DNA from: Ophelia neglecta
Lineage: Eukaryota
DNA length: 64,000 nt
Direction: 5' to 3'
Assembly: GCA_965285935.1 (NCBI GenBank)
Contig: OZ260663.1
Coordinates: 14,074,001 to 14,138,000 of the forward strand
Shown piece by piece: positions 43,401 through 56,099 of the stretch; within the stretch, counting starts at the first letter, position 1; the number at the start of each line of letters is the position of its first letter. The position numbers and the translations under genes were made by a program. The notes below the pieces were generated by a model. It searched no databases. It worked only from the letters and a program-made list of their open reading frames with translations, and was not told the DNA's origin.

Positions 43401-44785
43401 ACGAACTGTCACGTGTACGGAAAATGATCTAAAAGCCTATATAATGCCTTCCGTTGATATCAGAAGACCGTAGGAGGCATCAAGCCTTATGCAAAGTTTA
43501 CTCGGCATGATGTTTTCTGCCGTGCACTTTGCTAAAAAACGTTGTTTTGTTGTGAATGACTAAGTCAGGTCAGGCATGAGGTTTTATCCTTCAATCTCGC
43601 GGGCTTTTATCATTTAATATTGCCTTCCTGGTCAGTTTAGATGCCTGAAATTAGTCTTCAGGAAGGGTTATTTGGAGGAAGTACCTTCTGAGGTACCCAC
43701 AGACACAACATTCATACTCGGGTCCAGAATGGTTAAAAATGTCAACAGACTTTGCTTCTGAAATAATATTTTAATCCTTTGTATTGTCTCTGGTGGAAAA
43801 ACCGCAAAAAAGCAACGGTACTATGTCAGATCAGCATCATATTAATTGGCTTTACAGAATCGCAAATCTCTGGCTTATCTTTTCTGGACAAGGAAAACGA
43901 ATTCCCCTGACAGAATTAACTCCCAAGGACAACCAGATATATTGAATTGAAAGGTTTGTTTTTCATGTCTAGTGGTAATGTAGCTCGGCAATTACCTAAC
44001 AAAAGTAGGAGCAGTGTTTGTGAAAGAGGTGAGCAAAGTAATGTGTGATTCGGCATTTGTGACGGAGGCTTAAATTGGAGTGGCTATAGGACATAAGCTG
44101 GCAAGAGGATAGGGATATATGTGAATGTGTAGATTTAGAATGAAAAATGTCACTTTTGTATTAGCCGCCTTGATTGTGACTGGGTCCCTGCCGGAAATGA
44201 GAAGTGGTTACTCTGAGTTCCCACACCTCGACCGGGGGATATCTCTCCAGGGTGTCACGCTAAGCTCGTATTTTACTAACTCACGCAGTGGCGGACCTAG
44301 CTTCGGTTACTTTTGGAGCTGCCTTTTTTCAGGTACTGGCTGGGACTAAGTTTTGTCTAGGCGTAGTTGAAAGGTTCAAGATATCGATTTTGGTTCTAAG
44401 ATGTTGTTTTTAACAATATATCTATAGTAGAAATATGTTTGGTTTAGGTCAAGCAATATGAACGATTAAGCTGTTGGCAGGTATCAGAATAAACATAGTG
44501 CAGTTTTTACGATTGGCCATTTATTGAATGATAATTTGCATAGAATATTCAGTAATCTGGTCGATGAAATGAATTTGCCAGTGTTTGCCGCATCCGATAA
44601 TTTATGAAGATGAACATAGTTTAATTTACCCTATGGGTTTTAAAACAATGGAGCTGGCATTTTCCCTGTAATGTCCCCTATTGTATGACCAGAGCAATTA
44701 GGAATGGATATAATGAAGATGAATTTCGTAAACGCTTCTCCGTTCTTTTGAGAACCCCCATTGTATATGTATTGGTAAACAGGTA

Positions 44786-44880
44786 CAGTGAAACCTGGAA
44801 ATGAGGGACAGGCAAGGGTCTGTCTTAAGGTGCCCTGTTTTCTAAGGTGCCCCTAATTTTAAGGTGATTTAACATATAAA
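44786..44880. mobile_element. Truncated end of a related pogo-type MITE
   Basis: TA-CAGTGAAACCT then TAAGGTG(CCC) x3 subterminal repeats; no second TIR found. Confidence 0.5.
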
Positions 44881-46209
44881 ACGATATGACTTAAGCATTG
44901 ATAGAAGGCTCTGGACTTACTTAGAACTGGGTCATTCTTGCCTATTCCGCGAATACCCGCATCACTGAAAACCCGGCAGCGTATTACCTTACCCAGCTAT
45001 GATATCCTCAATAGTTATTCAGCTATGAGCTATGTAAAAAAAGGAATAATGCGAAATAATTAGAATCCAATTTTTGGCTCTGAATGCGCAGCAGAAATAT
45101 ATCTTTATTTTGCACTTTGAAAATCATTTTGGCAACCTCTGGAAATGATACCACTGGGAATGGACACTTGTGTTTTTATTTTCTTTTATTTATTCGACGC
45201 CTGTCGATTAAAATCAATGCAAGTCAATATAAAAGCCCTCGTTTCTACCATATCTCGTCGAAAAAACTCCAAACACACATATTACGTACCTTGATATTGG
45301 CACTTATGTGGATGGAGAGAAAGATAGATTGACATAGTGTTGCCAGTAAATGGCTTTTCAGAACTAGAAACAATTTAGTCCATGTTCAACGCTTATCGTA
45401 AACATATTAAGCGCGAAATTCCCCAAACGTTGGCGCCTACTGTGGGAGAATTCAACTCGAGTCGTTTAAGCAGGTTATCTCCATTGCGCGTGACTGGTCT
45501 ATTACTTTCATATCAGTTGTACACTAATACTTTTATCAATAGACGGCCAGTGTCCAGTCAGCCAGCTAGGGGAAAGTTCATATACTATTATCAATATTAA
45601 GTATATCCTAGCTGGCTATACTTACCGTGCGCTGGGAAATGGAGGACGCTATTCCTAGCCCTATTATTGCGCGCGCGCGTGGGGGGGGGGGGCTACTATG
45701 GACAGTGAAATTATGCTTCCCAATAAATAGTTCCACGCATGGGGCTACATGTTTAAGATAGACTCAGTGTAACTTACAAACGCAATTAGTTATCACTTTA
45801 GTCTTTCAACTTCGGATAGATGCAACTACATGTAAATGGGTACCTCTTCTCTGTTGAGGGATGCAGTGTTGAAAGACATAACATGCGTACAGTATTGTCG
45901 ACAGCCTGTTTTTCTCCCAGTAAATAGAGGCGAAAACTGTCCATTTAATCTTACATAGACCCTCCACATAAAATACAGTTCAGGGGAGGCCTTTCGCCCT
46001 TACCTCTGTATTATATTTTTTTCTATCCGTGTTGCCGCCGCACCTATTGCAGGCTTTTTAACAGGCAGTGAGCTCCGCTATGAAACGGCGAGTTGTAGGT
46101 TGCATGCCACAGCCGCCCCGGTAACAAGATCCCAGTCGGGAAACTTCGCCCGCGCCTACCGTACGTCTGCGAGAATCTGCTTGCACGTGCGTCAAGGGAG
46201 ACGCTGGTG

Positions 46210-46679
46210 AATTATCGCTCACAGGTGAAGAAAGCATGCATGGTAATCCCCTGACGAAGATATTCCAATGCTCTCATAGTGGGTGGAATTCCACTTACAA
46301 GACATGGTTTCCATGCTTCTAGTGCTAAGATACTCAACAGGCGATACATAGCCCCATATGTCATGTCGACAACATGATAAATAGGTCGAATACTTAACTT
46401 TGATGCTTTTTCGACTGTGTACGTTTGCTATCAGTCTGCCAAGGTGGTAATTGTAGTTTTACCTTGACGCCATTAAGTAGGTCAGGTCATAGCCGGTCAT
46501 ACTCGCTGTCGGCACCTCAAGTTACCCAAGTAGCCGGGTATTGAAGGAGACTATTCAAACGCCCGCCGAGTCCCCGGAATGTTGATTCACAGAGGGTGGA
46601 TACACGTCGTGATTTCATACAAAGTGCTATTCAACGGGAACCCATGTGTTGGTAACTAACTACAAAGTGGTAAGGTAAA
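46210..46679 (+). promoter_or_regulatory. Putative promoter/5'UTR block of copy A
   Basis: Colinear conserved patches with 62643-63069: AATTATCGyTCACA, GACAACATGwTAAAT, ATCAGT..CAAGGyGGT, GGTCAyACTCGCTsTCGGCACyTCAA, ACAAAGTrCTATTCAA. Inr-like TCAGTC at 46431. GC/CpG-richer sequence at about 46030-46200. Confidence 0.6.
46479..46499 (+). promoter_or_regulatory. DR4-like element plus extra half-site
   Basis: AGGTCA(46484)-tagc-CGGTCA with an overlapping AGGTCA at 46479. Confidence 0.5.
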
Positions 46680-47502
46680 ATGTCCTCAGGTGCAGCAGGC
46701 AGTGTGGATGCACACAGGACTAGTTTAACGATATTAATTTGGTTTATTACCATTCTGGCCGTTGTTTCTGGGAATGTTTCCCCGGCTGAGAATGTGCAGG
46801 TAGTGCGGCTAGGAATTATTCTTCCCGCTAAACCTCCGCCTCATTGCTCGAGCATAAAAGAGGTTCAAACGGTGATGGATTTCGCCTTGGGACGGGTCAA
46901 CAATGGCTTGTTGGATAACATAAGCAGTGTTGAGGGTATAATCGGGGCTGATAACGAGCTTAAACAGGGGGAGATACTTGTCAGGAACTTAGAAGGGAAT
47001 ATTGTTCGGCTTCAGGCCAAGTATGTTGATTCCCAATGCTCGGATCTTTATGCCCCGATCGCCGCTATGAATCTATTTTATAACCGAGAGGTGGATGTTT
47101 ACTTCGGGCCCTGCTGTAAATATGCCCTCTCTCCCGTGGCCAGATACACAAACATCTGGGGGCTACCCGTCATTACGCCCGGGGGACTAACGGAAGCTTT
47201 CAGTGACAAGAGGGAGTTCCCTCTCCTGACTCGCTTCGTGGCCCCCTACGACAAACTGGCCAAGTTCATAACCCGGATATTTATTGCCTTCGGATGGAGG
47301 ATAGGCGGCCTACTATGGCACAATAACATAATATATCGTACTCTGGGCAGCTCGGAGTGTGCCCAAGTTGCCACAGCGCTTATCAGACTCATGAGAAGCA
47401 TGCCCGAATTTGATGACCCATACAAGGAAACTTTTGACGAGGGCGCTTTTGACAATTTTGATTGGGATCGTATTTTGGCAGGGATTAGGAACAATTCACG
47501 CA
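46680..47502 (+). CDS. First coding exon (copy A) of a natriuretic-peptide-receptor-type membrane guanylyl cyclase: signal peptide + N-terminal ANF_receptor ligand-binding domain
   Basis: Hydrophobic leader SLTILIWFITILAVVSG, then family motifs RLGIILP, YVDSQCSD, VDVYFGPCCKYALSPVARY, WGLPVITPGG, EFPLLTR, FGW. Ends ...IRNNSR at CGCA|GTGAGT (823 nt, phase 1), matching the known exon 1 boundary of vertebrate NPR1 (..GR|V). ORF read-through to 47591 is intron. The cyclase domain is not in the window, so an NPR-C-like product cannot be excluded. Confidence 0.92.
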
Positions 47503-50499
47503 GTGAGTATTTATTAAGGATATTTTCTAAATGTTCCAGGGTTTGTTTGCATGTCTCAACTAATCTGTCCCGTATGACTTGTTATTCATAGATAAACGCG
47601 AAAGGCCATGTACACAGAATACTATCTGATAAGGCAATCTCAGACGGTCACATTTCATATTTTGCACGCTGTCTTTCAAATAGACGTGACTAACCACACT
47701 ATCTTGTTAATAGAAAAATATCGATATAAATAGAGGTGTTGCAAGCCATATCACTGCAGTTATCAGCATGATAGCAAAACATTACAAACAGTTTTTGGCC
47801 ATCTGCCATGTTAAGTATGTAAATATGTGTGTGGCACACGGTAAGATTGATAGCTCTTGATACCAGTCAGTTTGGCCTGACTACCGTTGATGCAGGAATT
47901 ATTGTAGAACTTCCAAGTTAAGATTAAGAGCAAGATCAAATTTATATCTTGCAAAAGTGTAAATGGAATTTATTTACTGAAAGCAATTACGCCACAAATC
48001 TTTTTGGGCAGGTGATGCCTAGCAACGTAGAATATCGTTTTTCCTTTTGACTGAAGGCAGGGACGGAGGTAGAGAGGCGGTGAAAAGGTGGGGTAGAGGG
48101 GTGGGGTGGAGGTCGGCGAGTTGGTGGGGGTGCATGAATACAATTTTGAAATTTGCATACACTATATGACGTACGTAAAATTCCCATTACAAAATCCATT
48201 TAGCTTGGAAAGAAGCTTTAAGTTTAAAGTCAGAACCACCCTCACCCCTACCCGATCCTAATTAGCGTGCCACTTCTACTGTCAGTAGTGTTTTACGTGC
48301 ACATTTGACCTCATCATGTCAGATATTATTAAACATTAATTAATAATGATTTAATAGTACATGGTCAAGGCATTGTGGTAATATACACGTTCCTTGTCAA
48401 CGTTTGACGAGCGGCCTTTAAACACTGCGCTAAACCATTATCTGGTCACGCGACCCAGAACTCCCTTATGTGTACCTCTAAATCGAATAGTCAATTCCAC
48501 AATTCCAGTATTCCTAGCAAAATATATGGAGGACACTGGAGGAAACTCAGAATACAATTACTATAAGGTTGGAAATAAAGCAACAATAGAGTCTATATAC
48601 CGATTTCCGTATACAAAGGAAGGTTCATACAGCTGTCGCATAACTGTATGGTACTCTAGAGATTAATATATTTATACAGTGACCTAATTATCGCAGCCGT
48701 ATCACTACTCTATGATATCTAGTCGCGGGATCAAACCCTGGAAGGCAGTCAGCCAGCACGCTGAAGTAGCCAGCCGTGTATGAGAGGGATGCAGACATCA
48801 TTAATATTGCATCTGAAAGGAATAAATTAAACATATTTAGAACTGTAAAGGGGCAATGCATGGTATATTTGTGTCATAACAAGTCAAAAACATGACATAT
48901 CTCGTGTGTTTACAGGATTTTTATATTCGGAATGTATGGCCAATGCTTGAAATAGCCCTACACATTTATGACGTGCCTCTTCCCAGAACCGTCACAAAAG
49001 TCACTATACATCTGGTGGTCTTGTGCTAAATAGGGAATCTGCGCAATATTATGGTCACATTACAATGTGAACATACTACACGGCAGTCAAATACACGCAA
49101 ATATCTCTTGGCCGTAACCGAAGTTAATCCGCCAGACATTGAAATTTATTTTCGACACTGCAATAATATCGTGGCCGAAATACTGGTGCCTATATATGTG
49201 AATCCCTTCCGGCAGGGCGTTCGAGTCCTGATGGAATACCTTCTGCTATTACGGCTAGTAAGATGTCAGTTAATGACGGTGTATATATGTATTAGATTTA
49301 TTACCAGCGCGTCTGATTCAACAAATAGATGGATTAATATGTTTTTTTTACCCGAACACATAATGTAGGGATATGCCATGTATGACATAAAGCCAAGCTC
49401 GTTTGAAATATATGGTACATGTGATCGAAAAGGACAATTATTACCTCTAACATGATAACGAAATGACAGGTGCAGTGTGTTGGTCCGTCGTAACGAATTA
49501 AACGCGTCAATAATTCACGCTTACGTCTTTTGATGTGGCTTGCTTTAATGTATTCATCTTCTGATTTTAGTTTTTTCCGTTTCGTTTGTTCTATAGGGTT
49601 ATTTATTCAGTCGGTTCCCTTTTTTCAACAAGGGCATGCATTATCCGTTATGTTCGTTAACATGCATTATAGTGCAATTCGTCTGTTCCTAGTTGATTTT
49701 CATGATCTTTCAGCCATTTGGCAGGAGGAATAGCCGACGGATTAGAGGATTCCAGTTGTCAAAATCAAGACATGACATGTCCCTAACATAGCTCTGGTCT
49801 AACTGCCGATACTCGATATATTTTCATTAAAATCTTTAGAAGGCATCACGAGTCTGGCAACCTTTCATATTTTCATTACACAGAACCTCAGCTTCCCATT
49901 CGTAGCTCAGGCCATTTATCTTCGTCAAATCACTAAACCAACATCATACACATTTTCTAGGTATGCCACAGACAGGAGCATTTGACAGGCATTCAACGAA
50001 ACCTTGAAACTCTCCGCATCTAATATAATGTATGATTGAAATCTGTGCATGGTTGTGTTAAGAAAGTCTGCTTCTGTTATCTCAATTCTCGCACGCTCTT
50101 GTTGTGTTCCCTTCAGCCTCTTAGCACGGTAAGCAGTACACCCTAAGAGACCGATTGTTGAAAGCCTATCAGGCCAGATTATAAATGTCTTGGGAAATGT
50201 TTCTTTTGATATCTCTGACAAATGTCTGCGATGCGTAAAGATCCGGATTATGGCAGCATAAGTAGATTTCTTCGCTGAAACGATTTATTTCTCTCGCTGC
50301 AAAACAGTCATATGAATGAACCGTAGAACTAGAGACAAGGACGTGATTGTAACACACACACAACTTGTAATCTTTCTGGGTCAATGTGCAGCCTTGGAGG
50401 TGTGCATTTGATTACCGGATAAATCGTGCATATCTTTCCTGTGTGCATATCATAGGTTGATATTGATCCTTGATAAACAAGCCATGCTCAGAAGCCTGG

Positions 50500-50625
50500 A
50501 GTGTTGTTAGTAAGGCAGGCTGGCTGATAACTTAACGTATTATTATAATAATCTTTAGGTAAATGACGCGACATCCCAGGGTTGGAACGTTCATCCTGAC
50601 CCACTTGCTCTAACCCAAAGCCGGA
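50500..50625 (-). mobile_element. Decayed SINE head
   Basis: Reverse complement reads GGCTTTGGGTTAGAGC..GTTCCAACCCTGG..TCGCGTCATTTACCTAAAGA..CCTGCC, colinear with the 5' part of the SINE at 15133. Confidence 0.4.
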
Positions 50626-50730
50626 GGTCGACAGGTCTATCTTTAAATAAATCACCATGTTCCGTGTTTATTTAAATCACAAAATAATCATCAGATACAT
50701 GCTTTTCATAAATCGTGCATATGTTGTCCA

Positions 50731-50937
50731 AAACAAGGGGCCCCTAAAATTGTTCTTTTGACCAAACTTGTTGTAACCGATCATGTGAAATCTGAGTGAG
50801 AAATATCTCCATTTAGCGTGAAGATATTCTAAATCAAACAAGGGGCCCCTAAAATTGTTCTTTTGACCAAACTTGTTGTAACCGATCATGTGAAATCTGA
50901 GTGAGAAATATATCCATTTAGCGTGAAGATATTCTAA
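50731..50937. repeat. 105-bp tandem duplication (2 copies)
   Basis: Units start at 50731 and 50836 with one mismatch seen; each contains the palindrome AGGGGCCCCT. Confidence 0.95.
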
Positions 50938-53900
50938 TATCCAATGTTGCCAGAGTCCCATCCATACCCATCCCACACCCTGCCCCAACCCCTAAGTTGG
51001 GACCGTATCTATAGAGGGAACCAGTCGAGCAGTCATGTATCAGGTAGCCGTATTTGTTATGTTAGTTTCTTTCGAATCATAGAATCCCCGATCAGCTTAA
51101 AAAAGCAATTGATTTCAGCCCTACATTATCTAGGTATGCGTGAACAAGTGATGTAGTTCAACTGCCTGTAAAGGTCGTATTTGTTGCAGGAATATTGTCG
51201 AGAATTTATCAAAATAATTTTTGTTTCATAGCTTCTAGCATGTTCTAAACAAGCATGGAAGGACCATTTGAGCTAATGTAACAAGATTCGAATTCCCTAT
51301 ATTAATCTGTGACATTGATAACGACAATTTGGTCATTGACCTGGCTAGGAACAATTTACAGCAGTGTAGTGAACGAAAGCAGTGCCATTCTTGTTACAAT
51401 GAATATCTGTCTAATTAAACTCTGAAACAAATCAGATTAACATTTAAAGTCATCAATGACCGTCTATCCGCGAGCTGTATTGTGCTCAATCACGTAAGGT
51501 TCTACTCAAATTGATTGGTATGCAATAAATGGAATGTTCAAAGATATTAATTCAACTGCCTTGAATATGTGGTTATATATCTTACACATCTTAATGGTTT
51601 CGATTCCAAGAAATTTCCTAAATTGTTTTAAACAAATCTATAACTTAAAACTTGTCCGTTTTATACTTATATAAGTAAAACAATAACAGGAGTTTATGAT
51701 GTTATATGAGCGTCAACGTGCACCTATTGATACAGCTTGAGCCTGCAATGAAAATATACTAAAACAGATTTTATGGTTGCTTATGCAACATCCCGTACGC
51801 TTAGAACATGATTATGAAAGCAAAATGCACGCTCCCGTGACTCGTATTGCATGATCATGTAATGCAGGATTATGTTCGATATGAGTTCCCTGTCTAAATG
51901 TGTTTGCTTTTTTTCACGCGATGTGTCTTTGTAGTTTTCGCGTTATATGCTCGTTTTTCACCTCAGTAGATAGCGGGCTCATTCGTGCAGAAGAACATTC
52001 TCATGTTGAGTTTATTGTGACAGTTCGCCTGCTGCCGCCATTTTTTCAGTATATCAACACATCCTACTATCAACTTAAAACTAACACCGACGCATTTGTT
52101 TTGTTAGCAGCTCTTCCGCAATCCACAGTCAAGGAAGTCATAATATTGATTAAACGGATAAATCAAAATACTATCAAATATTGTTTCAACGTGATACAAT
52201 GACGATTTGTTTAGTTAACGACTTCAAGGGGCACACGTTACTGTTGATATTCGGGTCAGATTCATGATGAAAAAGGAGTGAATTAATAATTGATAACTCT
52301 TACATGTTACTCCGATTCCCCACTGCTTCCACTGAATTAATTATTAAGACAAAGTGTGTAGATTTTTTAATTGTTTTTAAATGTAATCAATTCGTAATTT
52401 TGGCTGATAATGTTTGCAAAGCAAAAGCGCATGTGTTCAAACAGAAAATGAATCAAACATGTTATTATAAATGAAGCGCACGAGATGTGTATATATGTGA
52501 CCTTACTAGAACAATCTCTTTGTAATTGATAAAGTGTATGAGCAATGGATTTTTAAAGCACGGAGTGGATACCCGGCAGACAATTGCAAATAATAATTCT
52601 AGAATAATCCTTTAAATAGGGTCAGAACTAACCAGGAACCACCAGCGGCAGCACCACCATTATCAGAAATCAATATTAAGCCAGCAAACATTAAATAAAC
52701 ATGTAAAAAGAAAATTCCAAACAGAAAATTGAAATCACTGCAATATTATGTTGTCAACAGTTGATTATAACATATGCGATGTTTATACAATTTTAAAAAA
52801 CTGAGATTATGCGCGTACAAATAATCAAACGGGAAGGCGTTCTGTTTTAAACAATATTTGATGACAAGAATTTATTATTTTCTGCGCCTCAATATATATA
52901 TATGACTGATAATGGTATAATCACTGCTACGCTATAAGGTGGTGACATACCACAGCTCGCTCGTGTCGTAGAACCAATTGATCAGTTGTCAGTGCCATTA
53001 CCCAAGCACAATCAGCAACCACCACTTATCAAGATTTGGTACGTGCTGTCAAGAATGTTTCTGTTACGACCAGGTTATTGAAAATCACCGTCCACTCCAC
53101 TCCACTCTATTACTACGCTCAAACCATCTTTTTAGAAATATATAGGCCCTTTCTGCCAATAACCAACTGGGTAATATAAATGGCTATTAGAAAGAAAGTA
53201 CACGTTCTTCCTAGAATTACTGTTGGCAAAACAGATTTAAATCACTCCCGTTGGCACTTAAACATATTAAAACGCCAAACATACAATGGCTTTTTTGTAC
53301 TCAACTCAATTTGTATCTTTATTGATCCGACTAAAACATAATTTAGAAGACGTAGAGGATTATCGGTCTTAATTAAACAGGGGGGGGGGGGGCAAAAGCT
53401 ATTGCGCCTAAAACAAAGTTTGTTACCTTTAGTGTCAACGCATATATGATAAGCGGCAGCTTAATGGGAATTGTATGCCATATTTAATAAATGTGTCTAA
53501 TTTAAAGGTTACTTGAAAAATTCCGAATCTTGTAAAATATTATTGCTACATGAATAACATTCAGACCAATTCCTGCAGGCATCTGTTGAAAAGGCATGTA
53601 TAGTTACTGATATTTTCCGGAATATTTCGAAAAAAAATTGATATACACATGTACGTGTACTATGTACCCTCTCCTGTTCATCATAGGAAATTTCCAACCT
53701 ATTACTGTCCAGAAATGGCCAAAATATTGCATTCGTTGACCCCTTCCCTAAGTTACCATTTGCGGGTATTCATTACCCTTAAAGGTTGGCTGATATGATA
53801 ATCACACCTTTTTCGTGGTATCTGTTTCTGCTCTTAACCTTAAAAGCAGATATCAAGATAAACCAAGTGATAGGAGAAGCAATAGAAAACTGTTATTATC

Positions 53901-55573
53901 ATTCCTGTAAATCGACTATGTTATGATTCATTGTGTGTACGTCATTGAATATGTCAACAATACTCGCCAAGATTCTATTTGAAATAACCGATTGCCACTC
54001 GTGAATGAAAGGTTGTAAGACATGGTACGAGATACCGTAAAATACTAGATATATAAATACGAAACGAACAAACGAGAGTAAGGTTCAGGTGGGGATATTC
54101 CATCCCTAACCCTAGCAACTCCCCTAAACCTGTTTCATTTAGATACTTTCTCGTAGCCATGCCTCGTGTATGGTACTCTGTGTCAGGTTTTACAGTAGGC
54201 CCTCGTAAATTGTAGCAGTCCGTTATTGCCTTTCAAGTCCCATTGCACTCCTAGAATAACACGGACGGGTCAATGAAAAATTCATGTTTCTCCCTTAAAA
54301 TCTAATAGTTTTCGGTAACGGCTGGAAAAGACATAATTATCCTCTCAGCTACACACAAAATGGCTGACGTAATTGGAATTAAAAAATAGTTATTCCTTTG
54401 TGCCTCTGAAAATGCGTATTTGTCGAGGTCGATGCCTGCAATTATTAATGTGCACTCTTTGCTTTAGCGGAGAGAAAATGGTTACACATGGCAGTAACCC
54501 GATCTCCTGATGGTCTATATTTTTTAACTTTAAGCTGAGGATTTATAGATATAATTTCCAAAAAATATGGTATACTTTTACGACTTAAGTGATATGGTAA
54601 TATTTCAGGATGTGTTGAAGCATCTGTGCTACAGATAAATTAGCTAGAAGAGTGTTACTATTGCATAGAGTCACTGGCCTTATTTTTCCAATATAAGCTT
54701 CATTAGTAAAACTTGTCCTGTTGATTCAGCGTGTTTTGTACCAGACAAAGCCCTGACATCTGTTAACTGAAATGCCTTTCACTTTCAAAAAGTGGTTGAG
54801 CCTACAAAGTGTTTTTCTTGGCGTTCATTTTAGTGTGAAAAATGTCGAAGGCTGTTGATTTGTTGTTTGCGAGTATTGGTCAATATAAGCTATTCGTTTC
54901 CCAAGAATGGAATCTCAAATAATCAGTTGAGTTGACCTATTTGTTTCTTTAGCCTTATTAACCCGGCAGTTCGCGTCACTGACAGAGGCCATGTGTCTAA
55001 TAATATGTGCTTTTATTTACATAATGCCGGAAATACCGTGTTAATGCTGCTTAGATGGCAGGACAGTTCCATTCTTAGGAAACACATAGCTTATATTAAC
55101 TGTTACTCTTTTGTATGGGACAAGGCCCATTTTGTTGTCAAAAGACGCTAATTAGTTCTGATCATTTTCCATTGTGAAGCAATGTACCCATTATAGATTA
55201 TAGATTTCGGCTACTAATGTCTAAAGAAAATGTTGGAACACAACAAAAAGTTATTGCGGTTGGACAGATCCTTTCGACTTCAAATTGTTATATTGCATGG
55301 AAAGTTTAATGGGACCACTGCCATTATAGCGTGAGATCAGCAACATTGTATAGGTACCATATTATGCTGCTCTATGTAGCTTAAAAACAACTAAGGCTGC
55401 TTTATGGTGGCTAATACTAGTGAACACTTTTCCTCATTCAATGGCGATCGATGATATATTCCCAACTGTTATGCTTGCCTTTCTTCGGTGAAAGCAAAAT
55501 AATACACACTAACGATTGATGTATCCCATAAGGCATCTGTTTATTGTGAGTTGTGACCGTCTACCGCAGAACT

Positions 55574-56099
55574 GACTAGTGATGAGCGTGTCTCATGCTT
55601 CCCTTGCATATAAACCATTGTCCATTTAAACGACCGGACATATCTCTCCCTTTTCCAGCTTTGATTAATCTCAATTTTTATGCAATTTAGGTTTAAAATT
55701 TTTATATTCTGATAGTTTATTCCTATAAGTAATCTTCATCACTTGCAGCCTTGAAACCCATACAAAAGTAACAATATAATTAACAAAACATTGGGGATAT
55801 ATCTTCCTAAAACTGTTTTTGTCTAATTTGGCCGGTGATGGTGAATAATATGAAAAGACTATGAAGACTAGTGATGAGCGTGTCTTATGCTTTCCTTGCA
55901 TGTAAACCATTGTTCATTCAAACAACCGGACCGATCTCTCCCTTATCCAGCTTTGAATAATCTCAATTTTTAGCATGCGCATTGATTTGTTAAGTCAGCT
56001 GGGCATTTTTTTTTCTGACAGTTATAACATTGTATTTTTGTGCAATTTAAGTTTAAATTATTTATAATCTGATAGTTTATTCCAAAAGTAAATCTTCAT
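55574..56099. repeat. Diverged direct repeat (about 165 bp x2)
   Basis: GACTAGTGATGAGCGTGTCT...AATCTTCAT at 55574-55739 and 55866-56099; the second copy has about 70 extra bp. Confidence 0.9.

Noticed and set aside
44320-44340. CCTTTTTTCAG|GTACTG as a recursive site
   Set aside because: Regenerated donor is weak and no strong downstream donor was seen within about 100 nt.
202-46000. Remaining 60-120 aa ORFs in the track
   Set aside because: No recognisable domains; lengths and composition are as expected for random AT-rich sequence. Small real exons could still have been missed by eye.
47246-47494. Paired antisense ORFs (also 63681-63929)
   Set aside because: Shadow frames of the duplicated coding exon.
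47503-47591. C-terminal extensions of the two receptor ORFs (also 63938-63963) as secreted single-exon proteins
   Set aside because: Homology between copies stops just after the shared GTGAGTAT donor, so this is intron read-through.
50677-50988. ORF with internal 35-aa repeat, or CRISPR-like repeat
   Set aside because: Explained by a simple 105-bp tandem duplication without spacers, in eukaryotic DNA.
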